Assembly (NCBI GenBank): GCA_963674745.2
Contig: CAXXDV010000001.1
Location: forward strand, 864,001 to 928,000
Direction of reading: 5' to 3'
DNA: 64,000 nt
Source of the DNA: Desulfosudaceae bacterium
Lineage (GTDB): Bacteria > Desulfobacterota > Desulfobacteria > Desulfobacterales > Desulfosudaceae
Shown: in pieces, positions 12,530-23,893 of the stretch
Layout: each line of letters starts with the position of its first letter
Numbering within the stretch: the stretch's first letter is position 1
Notes under the pieces: generated by a model
The model's input: the letters and a program-made list of their open reading frames with translations, nothing else
Told to the model about the DNA's origin: nothing
Databases searched by the model: none
Position numbers and translations under genes: made by a program

Positions 12530-12700
12530 TGACCAGGCAGGTCTTCTGGCTTTCGAATCATCCTGGCGGCTGCGTCTTCCCGGCGTCAACACGACAGTGA
12601 CATAATTACAGCCTTCGTCCTCGATTACAGCGGCGGGTCCGCTCCCGTTTTTCACGGGATTCCCTATTAAGCTTAAAAAAAGCGCCTGATCTGTTGTTCT
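12530..12700 (-). promoter_or_regulatory. Cobalamin riboswitch
   Basis: Minus strand AATAGGGAATCCCGTGAAAAACGGGAGCGGACCCGCCGCTGTAA...CACTG...GGGAAG...AAGCCAGAAGACCTGCC (B12 box). Confidence 0.93.
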
Positions 12701-12843
12701 GTTGCCGCATCTTATATATAATCCGCCTGAATATCAAGGGGTTTTGTTTTTTCAGGGCGCCGAAAAAACATTGACGACGGATTCCGGCTGATATACAAAA
12801 ACAAGAAACTTTCAAATAATTTCCAACATTTCAAAAGATACTA

Positions 12844-14208
12844 ATGAAGAACGTCAAAACCGTTTTCTGCTGTCAAAACTGCGGCCACCAGGCGCCCAAG
12901 TGGATGGGACGATGCCCGGAATGCGAGGGCTGGGGCACGTTTGCGGAAGAACCGGTGGGCGCAGGGGCAAAAACCGCCGCAGCCGTTCCGAAAGGCAGGG
13001 GCCCCAAACCGGTGGCCCTGAGTGAGGTGGAGATCGCCGATGAACAGCGGCTCCAGACGGGTATCAGTGAGTTTGACCGGGCCCTGGGCGGCGGCATTGT
13101 GGCCGGCTCCCTGGTCCTGATCGGCGGCGATCCCGGCATCGGAAAGTCCACCCTCATGCTCCAGGCCGCCCGGAACCTGGCTGAAAAAGGCCATACCGTG
13201 CTCTATGTATCCGGTGAAGAGTCATTAAAGCAGCTGAAAATGAGAAGCGAACGACTGGGCGGAGACAGCGCCCTGGACATCATGGCCGTTGCTGAAACCG
13301 ACATCGAAGCGGTCACGGCCATGGCCGATTCCATGCGGCCGCAGGCCATGATCGTTGACTCCATTCAGACCATGGCCAGCCCGGATTTTTCGTCCGCACC
13401 GGGCAGTGTGGGCCAGGTGCGCGAAGCCACCATGCGCCTGATGGCGCTGGCCAAGCAGACCGGCGTGCCGGTTTTTCTGATCGGCCATGTCACCAAGGAC
13501 GGCACCATTGCCGGGCCTCGCATCATGGAACACATGGTGGACACGGTGCTTTATTTCGAAGGCGACAAGAACCAGGTCTTCCGGATCCTTCGGGCCGTTA
13601 AAAACCGGTTTGGCTCCACCAATGAAATCGGGGTATTTGAGATGAAAACCGCCGGCCTGGATGAAGTGGCCAACCCCTCGGCGGTTTTTCTGTCTGAAAA
13701 GCCGGACCATTCAGCCGGATCAGTGGTTTCGGCCAGCATGGAAGGCACCCGCCCCATCCTGGTGGAACTGCAGGCACTGGCCAGCCGGTCCAGCCTGGGC
13801 ACGCCCCGCCGGACCATCCTGGGGCTGGACCAGAACCGCGTCGCCCTGCTGGTGGCGGTAATGGAGAAAAAACTGGGCATGGAGCTGATGGGTTACGATG
13901 TGTTCATGAATGTCGCCGGCGGGGTCAGGATCAACGAACCGGCCGTCGATTTGGGTATTCTTGCCGCCGTGGCTTCCAGCTTTCTGGACCGGCCCATCAA
14001 GGCCGGAACCGTGGTCCTGGGAGAAGTGGGGCTGACGGGTGAAGTAAGGGCCATCAATCACATTGAGACCCGGGTGGCGGAAGTCAAAAAAATGGGGTTT
14101 GAAAACTGTGTGCTGCCCTACAGCAATTTAAAACGCATGCGAAATGAAAAACGGATTTCCATCACCGGCGTAAAAACCATTTCAGAAGCGATCGAAGCGC
14201 TGTTTTAA
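12844..14208 (+). CDS. radA: DNA repair protein RadA/Sms
   Basis: Zn finger, GDPGIGKST, KNRFG motif, Lon-like C-terminus. Confidence 0.98.
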   Translation: MKNVKTVFCCQNCGHQAPKWMGRCPECEGWGTFAEEPVGAGAKTAAAVPKGRGPKPVALSEVEIADEQRLQTGISEFDRALGGGIVAGSLVLIGGDPGIGKSTLMLQAARNLAEKGHTVLYVSGEESLKQLKMRSERLGGDSALDIMAVAETDIEAVTAMADSMRPQAMIVDSIQTMASPDFSSAPGSVGQVREATMRLMALAKQTGVPVFLIGHVTKDGTIAGPRIMEHMVDTVLYFEGDKNQVFRILRAVKNRFGSTNEIGVFEMKTAGLDEVANPSAVFLSEKPDHSAGSVVSASMEGTRPILVELQALASRSSLGTPRRTILGLDQNRVALLVAVMEKKLGMELMGYDVFMNVAGGVRINEPAVDLGILAAVASSFLDRPIKAGTVVLGEVGLTGEVRAINHIETRVAEVKKMGFENCVLPYSNLKRMRNEKRISITGVKTISEAIEALF

Positions 14209-14218
14209 ACGTTATTTT

Positions 14219-14845
14219 ATGTCAAAACAATCAAACAATACCCGAAAGCGGCCGGACTTTTACGCACAGAAGGCCAAAAAAGAGCACTACCCGGCCCGGT
14301 CGGTATATAAACTGATGGAAATACAAAAGAAACACAAAGTCCTTAAAAAAGGCGCCACCGTCATCGACCTGGGCTGCGCCCCGGGTTCCTGGCTCATGTA
14401 CACGGCCGAAGTGGTCGGCGATCAAGGAAACGTTACCGGCATCGACAAAACCCCTGTAACCGTGCCCATGCCGCCCCAGGTCACCACGTATGCTGCTGAT
14501 ATCTTTGAGTTGAACCCGGATGACCCGATATTCGGCGACCGGCCGGCGGATGCCGTTTTAAGCGACATGGCACCGTCGACCACCGGCCATTCCGCCACCG
14601 ATGCCGCCCGCTCCTTTGAGTTGTCCGTGTCAGCGCTGACATTCGCCAAAACCGCCCTTAAAACCGGGGGAAACTTTATCTGTAAAATTTTCCAGGGTGA
14701 AGATTTTAAAATGTTCACGGATATGGTAAGAAAAGAATTTAACCGGTGTGTTATTTTTAAACCGGCCAGTTGCCGGAATGACAGCCGGGAAACATATGTA
14801 ATTGGATTGGGAAAAAAGGAGCCGGTCAATGTCAGGTCACAATAA
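14219..14845 (+). CDS. rlmE: 23S rRNA Um2552 methyltransferase
   Basis: [28 protein letters not shown] motifs. Confidence 0.95.
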   Translation: MSKQSNNTRKRPDFYAQKAKKEHYPARSVYKLMEIQKKHKVLKKGATVIDLGCAPGSWLMYTAEVVGDQGNVTGIDKTPVTVPMPPQVTTYAADIFELNPDDPIFGDRPADAVLSDMAPSTTGHSATDAARSFELSVSALTFAKTALKTGGNFICKIFQGEDFKMFTDMVRKEFNRCVIFKPASCRNDSRETYVIGLGKKEPVNVRSQ

Positions 14846-15572
14846 ATGGTCATCTATCAAGCATAAAAAACAGGCGGCGGACGCCAAACGGGGCAAGGTA
14901 TTCACCAAGCTGATCAAGGAGATTACGGTTTCGGCCCGGGCGGGCGGGGGAGATCCGACAGCAAACGCCAGGCTGAGAAGCGCCATCCAGGCCGCCAAAG
15001 ACGAAAACATGCCCAAGGACAACATTGACCGGGCCGTCAAAAAGGGAACCGGTGAACTGGAAGGCGCCAACTATGAAGAACTGACCTATGAAGGCTATGG
15101 CGCCGGCGGTGCCGCTGTTTACCTGGAATCCCTGACAGACAATAAAAACCGTACCGTCAGTGATGTCCGCCATATTTTCAGCCGGCACAACGGCAGCCTG
15201 GGTGAAAACGGCTGCGTGGCCTGGATGTTTGAAAAAAAAGGTTTTTTTGAAATCGACAAATCGGTGGCCGATGAAGACACGGTCATGGAAACCGCCATTG
15301 AAGCCGGCGCGGAAGATGTCCGGGAAGCGGAAGAAGCATTTGAAATCATAACGGATGTGAGTGATTTTGAAGCCGTCAAAGAAGCACTGACAAACGCTGA
15401 CATCACCTTTTCCTTTGCCGAAGTGACCATGCTTCCCCAGAACACGGTTGATCTCGGGCCCAAAGAATCGGAACAGATGTTAAAGCTGTTAGAGGCCCTG
15501 GATGACTGCGACGACGTCCAGAAGGTGTATACCAACGCCAATCTTGACGAGAGCGTCGACTCTGACGATTGA
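14829..15572 (+). CDS. yebC: YebC/PmpR family protein
   Basis: [14 protein letters not shown] start at 14829 with [23 protein letters not shown]. Confidence 0.96.
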   Translation: MSGHNKWSSIKHKKQAADAKRGKVFTKLIKEITVSARAGGGDPTANARLRSAIQAAKDENMPKDNIDRAVKKGTGELEGANYEELTYEGYGAGGAAVYLESLTDNKNRTVSDVRHIFSRHNGSLGENGCVAWMFEKKGFFEIDKSVADEDTVMETAIEAGAEDVREAEEAFEIITDVSDFEAVKEALTNADITFSFAEVTMLPQNTVDLGPKESEQMLKLLEALDDCDDVQKVYTNANLDESVDSDD

Positions 15573-15632
15573 TGGCAACATCGGGCCCCGCAGACTGTGT
15601 CGCAATTCGTTATTTGGGAAAAATATAACTAA

Positions 15633-15726
15633 AATGGGTGCCACGGGCGAAGCGACAGCTTGCCCGTGAATAATCATATCGCTACAAGAAACACGGGCAA
15701 CCTTCGGTTGGCCCGTGGCACCCATT
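15633..15726. repeat. REP-like dyad (inverted pair of hairpins)
   Basis: AATGGGTGCCACGGGC..GCCCGTG-spacer-CACGGGC..GCCCGTGGCACCCATT; 16-bp perfect outer inverted repeat. Confidence 0.75.
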
Positions 15727-15799
15727 AAAGAAATAACAACTTTGCCGCCATGCACTCGGCCGCTTGGCCGCAATTGAGTTTTTGACGCGGCCTTCCTGG

Positions 15800-16693
15800 T
15801 TATTTTAAGGCCAGCATCTTCTCGACCGCCCCCAGCGCACGCTGCTGAACGTCGACCGGCACCTTGACTTCGGGGGCCATGTTTTCAAGACAGTCGGCAA
15901 TCGATTCCGGGGTAATCCGCTTCATATCCGGGCAGATCATTTTTTCCGAAACCGGATAAAACGATTTCTCGGGACAGGCTTTTTTCAAAGCATAAAGAAG
16001 ACCGTTTTCCGTTGCCACCAGAAAAGACCCGGCTTCCGACTCCCGGGCGTATCTGAGCATGCCGGACGTGCTCAAAACCACGTCTGCCATCGCCAGGACT
16101 TCGGCCCGGCATTCGGGATGCGCCATGACCGCCGCATCCGGATGCTGCGCCTGGGCCCTGACGACATCATCCGCCCGCAACGCGTCGTGGATCGGGCAAT
16201 ACCCTTCCCAGAGATGGACTTTTTTATCGGTCAGACCGGCCGTGTAAGCGGCCAGGTTCCTGTCCGGTGTCATCAGGACTTCTTTAGCTTCCAGGCTGTT
16301 GATCACTTTCGCAGAGTTGGCGGAGGTACAGCAGACCGTGGAAAGGGCCTTGACCGAAGCCGGCGAATTGACGTACGTCACCACCGGCATAGAGGCCCCC
16401 AGCTCACTGATCTTTTTCTTCAGCGTTGAAACGGTCACCATATCCGCCATGGGACAACCCGCGTCCATGGCCGGTAAAAGAACGGTCTTATCGGGGCAGA
16501 CAATCGAAGCGGTTTCAGCCATAAAATGCACGCCACAAAAGACAATCACATCGGCCCTGGTTTTTGAGGCCCTGATCGCCAGCTCCAGGGAATCACCGCA
16601 CAGATCGGCCAGGTCCTGAATCTCCGGCGGCTGATAGTTGTGCGCCAGGATGATGGCGTTTCTTTTCTTTTTCAGTTCTTCAATTTTATCCAT
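15800..16693 (-). CDS. nadA: Quinolinate synthase
   Basis: LAHNYQ, FCGVHFMAE, GCPMA, YVNS, AHPEC, ICPDMK. Confidence 0.97.
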   Translation of the reverse strand: MDKIEELKKKRNAIILAHNYQPPEIQDLADLCGDSLELAIRASKTRADVIVFCGVHFMAETASIVCPDKTVLLPAMDAGCPMADMVTVSTLKKKISELGASMPVVTYVNSPASVKALSTVCCTSANSAKVINSLEAKEVLMTPDRNLAAYTAGLTDKKVHLWEGYCPIHDALRADDVVRAQAQHPDAAVMAHPECRAEVLAMADVVLSTSGMLRYARESEAGSFLVATENGLLYALKKACPEKSFYPVSEKMICPDMKRITPESIADCLENMAPEVKVPVDVQQRALGAVEKMLALK

Positions 16694-16725
16694 GATTACA
16701 ATAAGAGGAGATTTTTACAATACCA

Positions 16726-17403
16726 TCAGTTCCGGGAATCCAGCTGCATCACATCCGCGCCTTCCGGGGGAGAAAACGCGAACAGGGCGGCATCAATTGC
16801 GCCTCCCAGTTGAATATCGGAAAAGACAATACGGGTCAAATCGTCATAAACATTAATGGTTTCCAGTTCCTGAACCAGCCCGCTCTGCCTGGACACGTAA
16901 AAATAAATCGCTTCCAGGTCAGCCGTTTTATTTTCCGGCACCAGTTTTAGTGTGTAATACCCCGGTTTCTGGCGGTTCTGATCGATGCTGACCTGATTCT
17001 TTTCCTCAATAGTGCTGATTGCCGCCAGAAAACTGACGCCCTGGCCATCGCCGAACAAATCGGAAACGTCACCCGCCAGCACCTGGTTCTCCTGGGGCTT
17101 GAATATCCAAAGCCTTGTTCCATCGGTAATGATCTGCTGGGGTTCCGGCTCAACGTACTCCCAGCGCATTTTTCCGGGCTCCATAAAATAAGCCCGTCCG
17201 GAAGCCGTGTCGGTTATATCCATGGCTTTCAACGTGGAAGTCTGTTCAAAGCGGGCCTGAAAGCTGCCGCAACCGTATGTGTTCTGAATTTGTTTTAGAA
17301 GATCGGAAGCCGATAGCCCGGTAACCTCGGGTGACTCTGCCGGGCACCAGACAGCCGACAACCAGACCATAAAAAAAACACCTGTCATCAGAGCCTTTTT
17401 CAA
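16726..17403 (-). CDS. lolA: Outer-membrane lipoprotein carrier protein
   Basis: F.Q, PGKMRWEY, ITDG, F..PEGADV motifs; TTG start 17403 after GGAAGG. Confidence 0.88.
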   Translation of the reverse strand: MKKALMTGVFFMVWLSAVWCPAESPEVTGLSASDLLKQIQNTYGCGSFQARFEQTSTLKAMDITDTASGRAYFMEPGKMRWEYVEPEPQQIITDGTRLWIFKPQENQVLAGDVSDLFGDGQGVSFLAAISTIEEKNQVSIDQNRQKPGYYTLKLVPENKTADLEAIYFYVSRQSGLVQELETINVYDDLTRIVFSDIQLGGAIDAALFAFSPPEGADVMQLDSRN

Positions 17404-17505
17404 TTTTTCCTTCCACACTGAAAAATGGTCGACCGTAAAAAATGAATACAACGCCACCCATAATTCGAGGAACCGGGGTGTTATTGCGATGTTTAAAGGG
17501 CCGGA

Positions 17506-17823
17506 TTAGTCTTCATCAAGAAACAAAACGCCGCATCCGTAACGGCTTGCCCCCCTGTCGTCCAACTCCAGACACCAGCGTACCTCCGCCCGACGACTGT
17601 GCCATGTGCCGGAACTCACCGGATCAAGGGCCGAGTTGTCATCTGTTTTGATCATAACGTAAGCCCCCGGGCATAACGGATCCGATATTTCAAAGTATAC
17701 GCCCCCCTCACTGTAATTAAGCATCAATGCCGAAGACAGTATCTGAGGCATGTCTCTTGAAACAACAATGGGTATCGTGCATTTAAACCTGGGGTGCGCC
17801 CGCCGCTGCCTTTGTTCAACCAT
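17506..17823 (-). CDS. PilZ domain protein
   Basis: QRRAHPR (RxxxR) and NYSEGG (D/NxSxxG); AGGAG RBS. Confidence 0.88.
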   Translation of the reverse strand: MVEQRQRRAHPRFKCTIPIVVSRDMPQILSSALMLNYSEGGVYFEISDPLCPGAYVMIKTDDNSALDPVSSGTWHSRRAEVRWCLELDDRGASRYGCGVLFLDED

Positions 17824-18025
17824 TTTCTTACTTCTCCTTTCAGCTCAAATCAGGGCGTAAAAAAAAACGCGTCCACGAATGTTCGCGACAACAAAAATGG
17901 ACAATTCTAACTATTAGAAATACCAAACCATCGGGGAAAAGTCAATCCTGAAGACCTGAAACCTGAAATTTCCAGCCGGCAGCCTGACCGGCGCCATTGC
18001 AGGAAAGATGTTTTTTAGCGTAAAA

Positions 18026-19513
18026 TCAGTGTGCTGACTGTTTTTCCCGGGGTGCATAATCCATAATGGTCAATCGGATTCTGCCGATCACCGGAATCAA
18101 ATCCAATTGCTGATCCGGTTGCCCCCCGGCCAGCCGGATATGGGTCACATCCGCCGGCATCTGCCCCAGGGTGGCATCGGCGGTTATCCAACCGCCTTCG
18201 ACATAAAACCGGTTCCAGGCATGATAGAAGAATCTGCCTTTCATATAAACAATGCCGGTTTCCACCTGGGCGGGAATACCGGCTGCCCGTCCCAATGCCG
18301 CCAGAAGCATGGCGTGTTCATTGCAATCTCCCTGACGATGGACCAGGGTTGAAAGCGCATTGGGCATGGACACAACCGGTTTTTTATCAATATTTTCATA
18401 TACCCAGCGCATCAATTGTTCCGCCCGAACCCGGTCGGATCGACCTGGCGGCGCAATTTGAGCCGACAGCGCGCGGATGTCCGGATTATCAGATTGAATA
18501 AAAGCGTTGGGCATAAGAAAGGGCTGCAGCTTCTCTTCTGCGTGTCCGGCAACACCGGACAGGGTTTCTTTTTTAATGGTCAACTCCCTTCCGGAAAGGG
18601 TTTGCCGACCACCGGACAGCGCCAGCCGCTCAAGATCAACCGCTTCGAGGCTTACTTTCAACATGTCCAACTGCTGTGGCTTGTCAAACACCACATTGGA
18701 TTCAATGGCCATTAAATCCGTCAGGTCACCCGGCCCCCGGTCCACCCTGGCCAACGCTTCATGCTTGTCTACTTTTACCAGCGACAGGCCCAACAGTCCA
18801 CTTTCCTTTAAAATCTCGCCGTGTTCGCTGATCCAGACCTGCTGCGACATGCCCTTGAAATCAATTGCAAGGCGGGTGGCGGCCTGGTTTAAATCCATAA
18901 CCTCGATAAATTCTTTTTCCTCCACCGTGACCCTTACCGGAACAACCGACATACTGGAAGGATCAAAAATCGAAACGGACATTGCGTCCCCGGGGGCCAT
19001 GCCCGAATTACAGACCGCATAGATCAACCCGGCCGGCAGGTAGGGGGTTTCATCAACCAAAAGTTTTATTGTTTCGGATTTTCCCTCAACTTCAGTGGTC
19101 ACGACCAGGGTTTTATCCTTCATGACGCCCTGAGCCGCAAATTCGAACTGACCGGACCGCAATCGGCTTTCAAACGACCGCAACGTCAGGTTGCTGTTGA
19201 GTATGGCGGCCAGATGAAGATTGACCCGGTGCGTCAGGCTCATCATGTTCACCTGCAGAAACATGTCTTCTTCAATGGCATAATGGTCGGTCATGTTTTT
19301 AAAAACGGAATGCGAATAGCCGATTTTCCGATCGTTCTGCAGAATATTCATCCATGTTTCCCGATCCGGAAGGGGCTGGTCGTCACTGATGACAAGGGAG
19401 CCTTTATCGGCAAGCCCGGAGAACACCCCCAGACGGACACCAAAGAGTGACAGAAACAGAACCAGACAGGCGGCTGCCGCGATCCAGAGGCCGGAAATGG
19501 ATTTTTTAGCCAT
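18026..19513 (-). CDS. Transglutaminase-like domain protein
   Basis: GDCNEHA...LGRAAGIP...HAW...DAT catalytic triad; N-terminal TM anchor. Confidence 0.9.
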   Translation of the reverse strand: MAKKSISGLWIAAAACLVLFLSLFGVRLGVFSGLADKGSLVISDDQPLPDRETWMNILQNDRKIGYSHSVFKNMTDHYAIEEDMFLQVNMMSLTHRVNLHLAAILNSNLTLRSFESRLRSGQFEFAAQGVMKDKTLVVTTEVEGKSETIKLLVDETPYLPAGLIYAVCNSGMAPGDAMSVSIFDPSSMSVVPVRVTVEEKEFIEVMDLNQAATRLAIDFKGMSQQVWISEHGEILKESGLLGLSLVKVDKHEALARVDRGPGDLTDLMAIESNVVFDKPQQLDMLKVSLEAVDLERLALSGGRQTLSGRELTIKKETLSGVAGHAEEKLQPFLMPNAFIQSDNPDIRALSAQIAPPGRSDRVRAEQLMRWVYENIDKKPVVSMPNALSTLVHRQGDCNEHAMLLAALGRAAGIPAQVETGIVYMKGRFFYHAWNRFYVEGGWITADATLGQMPADVTHIRLAGGQPDQQLDLIPVIGRIRLTIMDYAPREKQSAH

Positions 19514-19587
19514 ACAAACACCTTATAAATAACATAAACATCTTTACTATATAGAACTGATCCCAAAAAAATGGCCGGCTGGAACGT

Positions 19588-19619
19588 TAATCACATAACC
19601 ACTTAAACACATAATCACA
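19588..19619. repeat. Four imperfect 8-nt tandem repeats TAAnCACw
   Basis: taatcaca taaccact taaacaca taatcaca. Confidence 0.55.
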
Positions 19620-19706
19620 TAGACTTTTAAGTACCACTGTTACTTATAGGTTTGGTTCCGGGCCGTGCCCGGGTGGGACGCTAATAAAGAATTTTCCCAA
19701 ATGCCA

Positions 19707-21518
19707 CTAAACTATTCTTTTGAATTGCTTCTCAATATCTCTCAACGACCAACGAATGATCGTCGGCCGGCCATGGGGACAGTGCCAGGGATTGTCGCAG
19801 GTATCCATCTGGTCCAGCAACGCCCGCATTTCCTGTTCATTTAGCCGCTGGTTGGCGCGGATGGCGCCATGGCAGGCCATGACCGAAAGGACTTCATCCC
19901 GTTTGACGGTCATTTCCGGTGCCAACCCGATTTCCGCCAGTTTTTCGGCCAGCTCATGAATCAGCCGGACGGCATCGGTATCAGCAATCATTTCCGGAAC
20001 CGCCTTGATGACAAAAGCGTTCTGGCCGAACTGCTCCAGCTGCAGTCCGGTCTTTTCGAGCTCGGGCAGAATGGGTTCCAGGGCGGCCGCTTCTCTGTAA
20101 GTCAACTCTACTGTTTCCGGGATCAGCAACCCCTGGCTGACCGGCCTGCGACTTTCGGCATGTTTTTTCAGTTTTTCAAATACCACCCGCTCGTGGGCGG
20201 CATGCTGATCGACCAGAAAAATTTCCCGCTCCGATTCACAGACAATGTAGGTATGATGGAACTGGCCGACAACCGTCAGTCCGGAAAACGATAAAACCTG
20301 ATCAACGGCATCATCCGGTACCGGCGACGTCGGTATTGTCTCCTCCGAAGGCCGCTGCGGCGGTTGTTTCAATTCCGGTTCAGGCACCGGGGACGGTGAA
20401 GCCGGGTTCAAACCCGGGGCCGGCTGCCGGCCGACACCGGAATAAGAAATACGGCTTTCCGCGGCCGCAAACGGAATCGTCTCCTGTCGCGGTATCGGGT
20501 AATCCCCGTCCCTTTCCCAGGGCAGTGACGGTTCTGCCCGCCACACCTTTTCCACAGCAACCTTTAACGTTTCATACACCTGCCGCTGGTTCGCAAACCG
20601 GACCTCATTTTTGGTGGGATGCACATTAACGTCGACACGGTCAAACGGCACGGTGACGAAAATAACGGCTACCGGAAAATTCCCTTTGACCATCCGGCCG
20701 CGGTAACCTTCAAAAAGCGCATACTGCAGCCCCCGGTCCTTGACCATCCGGCCGTTGACAAACAGATGTATTTTCTGGGAAGAGCGCCGTGTGATGTGGG
20801 GCGCGCTGATCCAGCCGGAAACCTCGGCCGGCCCGTTTGAAACACCGATCTCATACATGTTGTTTCTGGTGTCCCGCCCCAGCGTGTCCGTTATCCTGTC
20901 CAGAGGCCGGCCGACGGCCGGCCAGTTTTTAACCGTCTTGCCGTCATGAGAAAGCTGAAAATGGATGTCATGGCGGCACAGGGCAAAACCGGTCATCATG
21001 TCCGCAATATGCCCCATCTCCGTGTTGGCTGATTTTAAAAATTTTCGCCGCGCGGGGACATTAAAAAAAAGCTGCCGGACCTCCACCATGGTGCCTTCCG
21101 GTGCGCCGACATCCCGGACATCCTTTATTTTTCCCCCGGAGACGTGAATCTCCGTGGCCGCGTCAGACCCCGCGTCCCGGCTCACCAGTAAAAAATTCGA
21201 TACCGAGGCGATACTGGGAACGGCCTCTCCACGGAAACCAAGGGTACTGATGGCAAACAGGCTTTTTTCATCTTTGAGCTTACTGGTGGCATAGCGCTCC
21301 AGGCAAAGCAGCGCGTCATCACGCGCCATTCCGATACCGTTATCGGAAACCCGGATAAGGGACATGCCGCCTCGCTCCACCTGAACGGTGATCCGGGTAC
21401 TCTCTGCATCAATGGCGTTTTCAACCAGTTCTTTAACGATAGAAGCCGGCCGCTCCACCACTTCACCGGCAGCGATTTTATTGGAAAGGGTTTCCGGGAG
21501 TATTTTTATGGCTGACAT
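19707..21518 (-). CDS. mutL: DNA mismatch repair endonuclease MutL
   Basis: IAAGEVVERP, GFRGEA, DQHAAHER, CPHGRP; start at MSAIKIL. Confidence 0.97.
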   Translation of the reverse strand: MSAIKILPETLSNKIAAGEVVERPASIVKELVENAIDAESTRITVQVERGGMSLIRVSDNGIGMARDDALLCLERYATSKLKDEKSLFAISTLGFRGEAVPSIASVSNFLLVSRDAGSDAATEIHVSGGKIKDVRDVGAPEGTMVEVRQLFFNVPARRKFLKSANTEMGHIADMMTGFALCRHDIHFQLSHDGKTVKNWPAVGRPLDRITDTLGRDTRNNMYEIGVSNGPAEVSGWISAPHITRRSSQKIHLFVNGRMVKDRGLQYALFEGYRGRMVKGNFPVAVIFVTVPFDRVDVNVHPTKNEVRFANQRQVYETLKVAVEKVWRAEPSLPWERDGDYPIPRQETIPFAAAESRISYSGVGRQPAPGLNPASPSPVPEPELKQPPQRPSEETIPTSPVPDDAVDQVLSFSGLTVVGQFHHTYIVCESEREIFLVDQHAAHERVVFEKLKKHAESRRPVSQGLLIPETVELTYREAAALEPILPELEKTGLQLEQFGQNAFVIKAVPEMIADTDAVRLIHELAEKLAEIGLAPEMTVKRDEVLSVMACHGAIRANQRLNEQEMRALLDQMDTCDNPWHCPHGRPTIIRWSLRDIEKQFKRIV

Positions 21519-21525
21519 GAGGAAA

Positions 21526-21711
21526 TTAGCATCCGGCCTTACCGGCGACGAATTTACACAAAAACTCCGATTCAAGTGGTGACAGGTCAAATTTCAGAAT
21601 CGCTTCTTCGGCAATTTTCTGCGGATTCTTGTCCGGTTGATCCTGGCGTTGTTCGGTCACCCAGGAAACGGCTTTTCTAATTATTTCGCCTTCCGGCATG
21701 ATGGTTGTCAT
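21526..21711 (-). CDS. Small hypothetical protein
   Basis: Fills the gatA-mutL gap with RBS; helical 61 aa. Confidence 0.7.
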   Translation of the reverse strand: MTTIMPEGEIIRKAVSWVTEQRQDQPDKNPQKIAEEAILKFDLSPLESEFLCKFVAGKAGC

Positions 21712-21728
21712 TATTTTTTCCCCTTAAC

Positions 21729-23189
21729 TTATAATGCTGGTTTTTTATCCCTGATCCCGAGGTCCTGCTCCAGATTCCAGGCCGCCCGCATCAGGGTAGA
21801 TTCGTCAAAATAGTTTCCGGTCAACTGCAGGCCGATGGGTAATCCCGACCGGGAAAAGCCGCAGGGAACCGACATGCCCGGCAGGCCCGCCAGGTTGGTG
21901 GAGAGGGTAAAAATATCCGACAGATACATGGTCAACGGATCATCCTTCTTTGACCCGATGGCAAAGGCCGGGGTGGGGGCAACGGGTGAGGCAATGACGT
22001 CACACATGCCGAACGCTCGCTTGAAATCATCGGCTATCAGTGAACGTACCTGCGATGCCTTTTTGTAGTAAGCGTCGTAATATCCCGCCGACAGGCAGTA
22101 AGTACCGATCAGAATCCGCCGCTGCACTTCCTTGCCGAAACCCTTTGAGCGTGTTGTTTTATACATCTGGATGAGGTTGTCGGCTGCTTCTTCTCTTAAT
22201 CCGTATTTCACCCCGTCATACCGGGCCAGGTTGGAGCTGGCTTCCGCCGGCGAAAGGACATAATAGGCGGCCACCGCATATTCCACATGCGGCAGGGACA
22301 CTTCCACGCATTTCGCGCCCATGGACTCCAACTTATTAATAGCGGCGGTCACGGCGGCGGTTACGTCCGGATCGACACCTTCGGAACTGTGATACTCACG
22401 GCAGAGACCGATGGTGAGGCCTTCAAGGCCCTGTTTTAAAGCGTCTGTATATTCCGGCACCGGTTCCGGAGCGGAAGTCGAATCCCGGGGGTCATGCCCG
22501 GCAATGGCATTCAACAGCAGCGCGCAATCCGGTACGCTTTTGGTCAGAACACCGATCTGATCCAGGGATGAGGCAAAAGCCACCAGTCCGAACCGCGACA
22601 CCCGGCCATAAGTGGGTTTCAACCCCACCACGCCGCAATGCGAAGCCGGTTGCCGGATGGACCCACCGGTATCCGACCCCAGTGAACCCAGGCACATATC
22701 AGCGGCCACTGCCGCGGCCGAGCCGCCGCTGGAGCCACCGGGAATACAGGACAGGTTCCAGGGGTTATGCGTCGGCTTGACGGCTGAATGTTCGGTGGAC
22801 GATCCCATGCCGAACTCATCCATATTGGCTTTGCCCACGATAACCACCCCTTGTTTTTTCAGTTTTTCAATCACGGTGGCATCATATTGTGGGATAAAAT
22901 TATGAAGCATGCGGGAGCCGCAGGTGGTGAGGATATCCCTGGTACAGATAATATCCTTGATGGACAGGGGAATACCTGTCAACGGTGATGCCTGTCCTTC
23001 GGCAATCCGGTTATCCGCAGCCTGTGCCTGCTCCAGGGCCGTTTCATCCGTTATCGTAATATAGGCGCCGACCCGCTCATCCACGTCCCGGATGCGGTCC
23101 AAAACCGCCTGTGTCAGCTGAACAGAGGAAATATCCCCCCGCTGCAACTGTTGCCTTGCTTCTGTAATGGTCAGTTCATTCAAGTTCAT
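21729..23189 (-). CDS. gatA: Asp/Glu-tRNA amidotransferase subunit A
   Basis: [28 protein letters not shown]. Confidence 0.98.
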   Translation of the reverse strand: MNLNELTITEARQQLQRGDISSVQLTQAVLDRIRDVDERVGAYITITDETALEQAQAADNRIAEGQASPLTGIPLSIKDIICTRDILTTCGSRMLHNFIPQYDATVIEKLKKQGVVIVGKANMDEFGMGSSTEHSAVKPTHNPWNLSCIPGGSSGGSAAAVAADMCLGSLGSDTGGSIRQPASHCGVVGLKPTYGRVSRFGLVAFASSLDQIGVLTKSVPDCALLLNAIAGHDPRDSTSAPEPVPEYTDALKQGLEGLTIGLCREYHSSEGVDPDVTAAVTAAINKLESMGAKCVEVSLPHVEYAVAAYYVLSPAEASSNLARYDGVKYGLREEAADNLIQMYKTTRSKGFGKEVQRRILIGTYCLSAGYYDAYYKKASQVRSLIADDFKRAFGMCDVIASPVAPTPAFAIGSKKDDPLTMYLSDIFTLSTNLAGLPGMSVPCGFSRSGLPIGLQLTGNYFDESTLMRAAWNLEQDLGIRDKKPAL

Positions 23190-23202
23190 GGGAATATCTT
23201 TT

Positions 23203-23490
23203 TTATTCTATAATTTTAGGAACTTCAAACATATCTTCGGCCGCTGCCGGGGCATTGGCCAGGGTCCTTTCCAGGGGGAGGGCGTCTTTTGTTTCATCCT
23301 CCCGCAGCACGTTGACCAGTGATATGGCCTGGGCCATGGGCTTGACGTCTTCGGTTGCCACGGCGCTCAATTTATCCACGTAAGCCAGAATGTCACTCAA
23401 TTGTGATACAAACTGTTCCAAATCTTCGTCGGCGATGTCCAGCCGGGCCAGATGCGCCACATGACGGACATCTTCAATACTTAATTTCAT
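23203..23490 (-). CDS. gatC: Asp/Glu-tRNA amidotransferase subunit C
   Basis: VAHLARL, LRED, FEVPKI; upstream of gatA. Confidence 0.95.
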   Translation of the reverse strand: MKLSIEDVRHVAHLARLDIADEDLEQFVSQLSDILAYVDKLSAVATEDVKPMAQAISLVNVLREDETKDALPLERTLANAPAAAEDMFEVPKIIE

Positions 23491-23657
23491 TTTATTCCAC
23501 TGCCGTTCAATTTTTGATGTTTTATGTCTTCATCAGGCTTTAAACCGTTAATAATCCACAGTATCACACAATGCAACCGAGAAATTCACTCTTTTTTGCC
23601 TGGCCCTACATTATGCATGGGCGCCCACCTCGAATTCATGAACACCTTCCACGGCCT

Positions 23658-23819
23658 GTAGGGGCAACCCCCTGTGGTTGCCCTTTACCGGGCAGGCACG
23701 GGGGCCTGCCCCTACGATATTAATGAACAAACGCCTCGATCATGAACGCGCTCCTCGGTCTGTAGGGGCAACCCCCTGTGGTTGCCCTTTACCGGGCGGC
23801 CACAGGGGGCCGCCCCGAC
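23658..23819. repeat. Two tandem GTAG-type REP doublets (23658-23715, 23762-23819)
   Basis: GTAGGGGCAACCCCCTGTGGTTGCCCTTTACCGGGC identical in both, each closed by an inverted REP. Confidence 0.88.
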
Positions 23820-23893
23820 AACATTCGAAAACGGCCTGCAACATCGCAAAAGGAACAAGGGGCTCGGGTTCGAAATGTCGTAGATTATCCGGG

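Noticed and set aside
21729..23490. gatCA without adjacent gatB
   Set aside because: A separately located gatB is common; not anomalous
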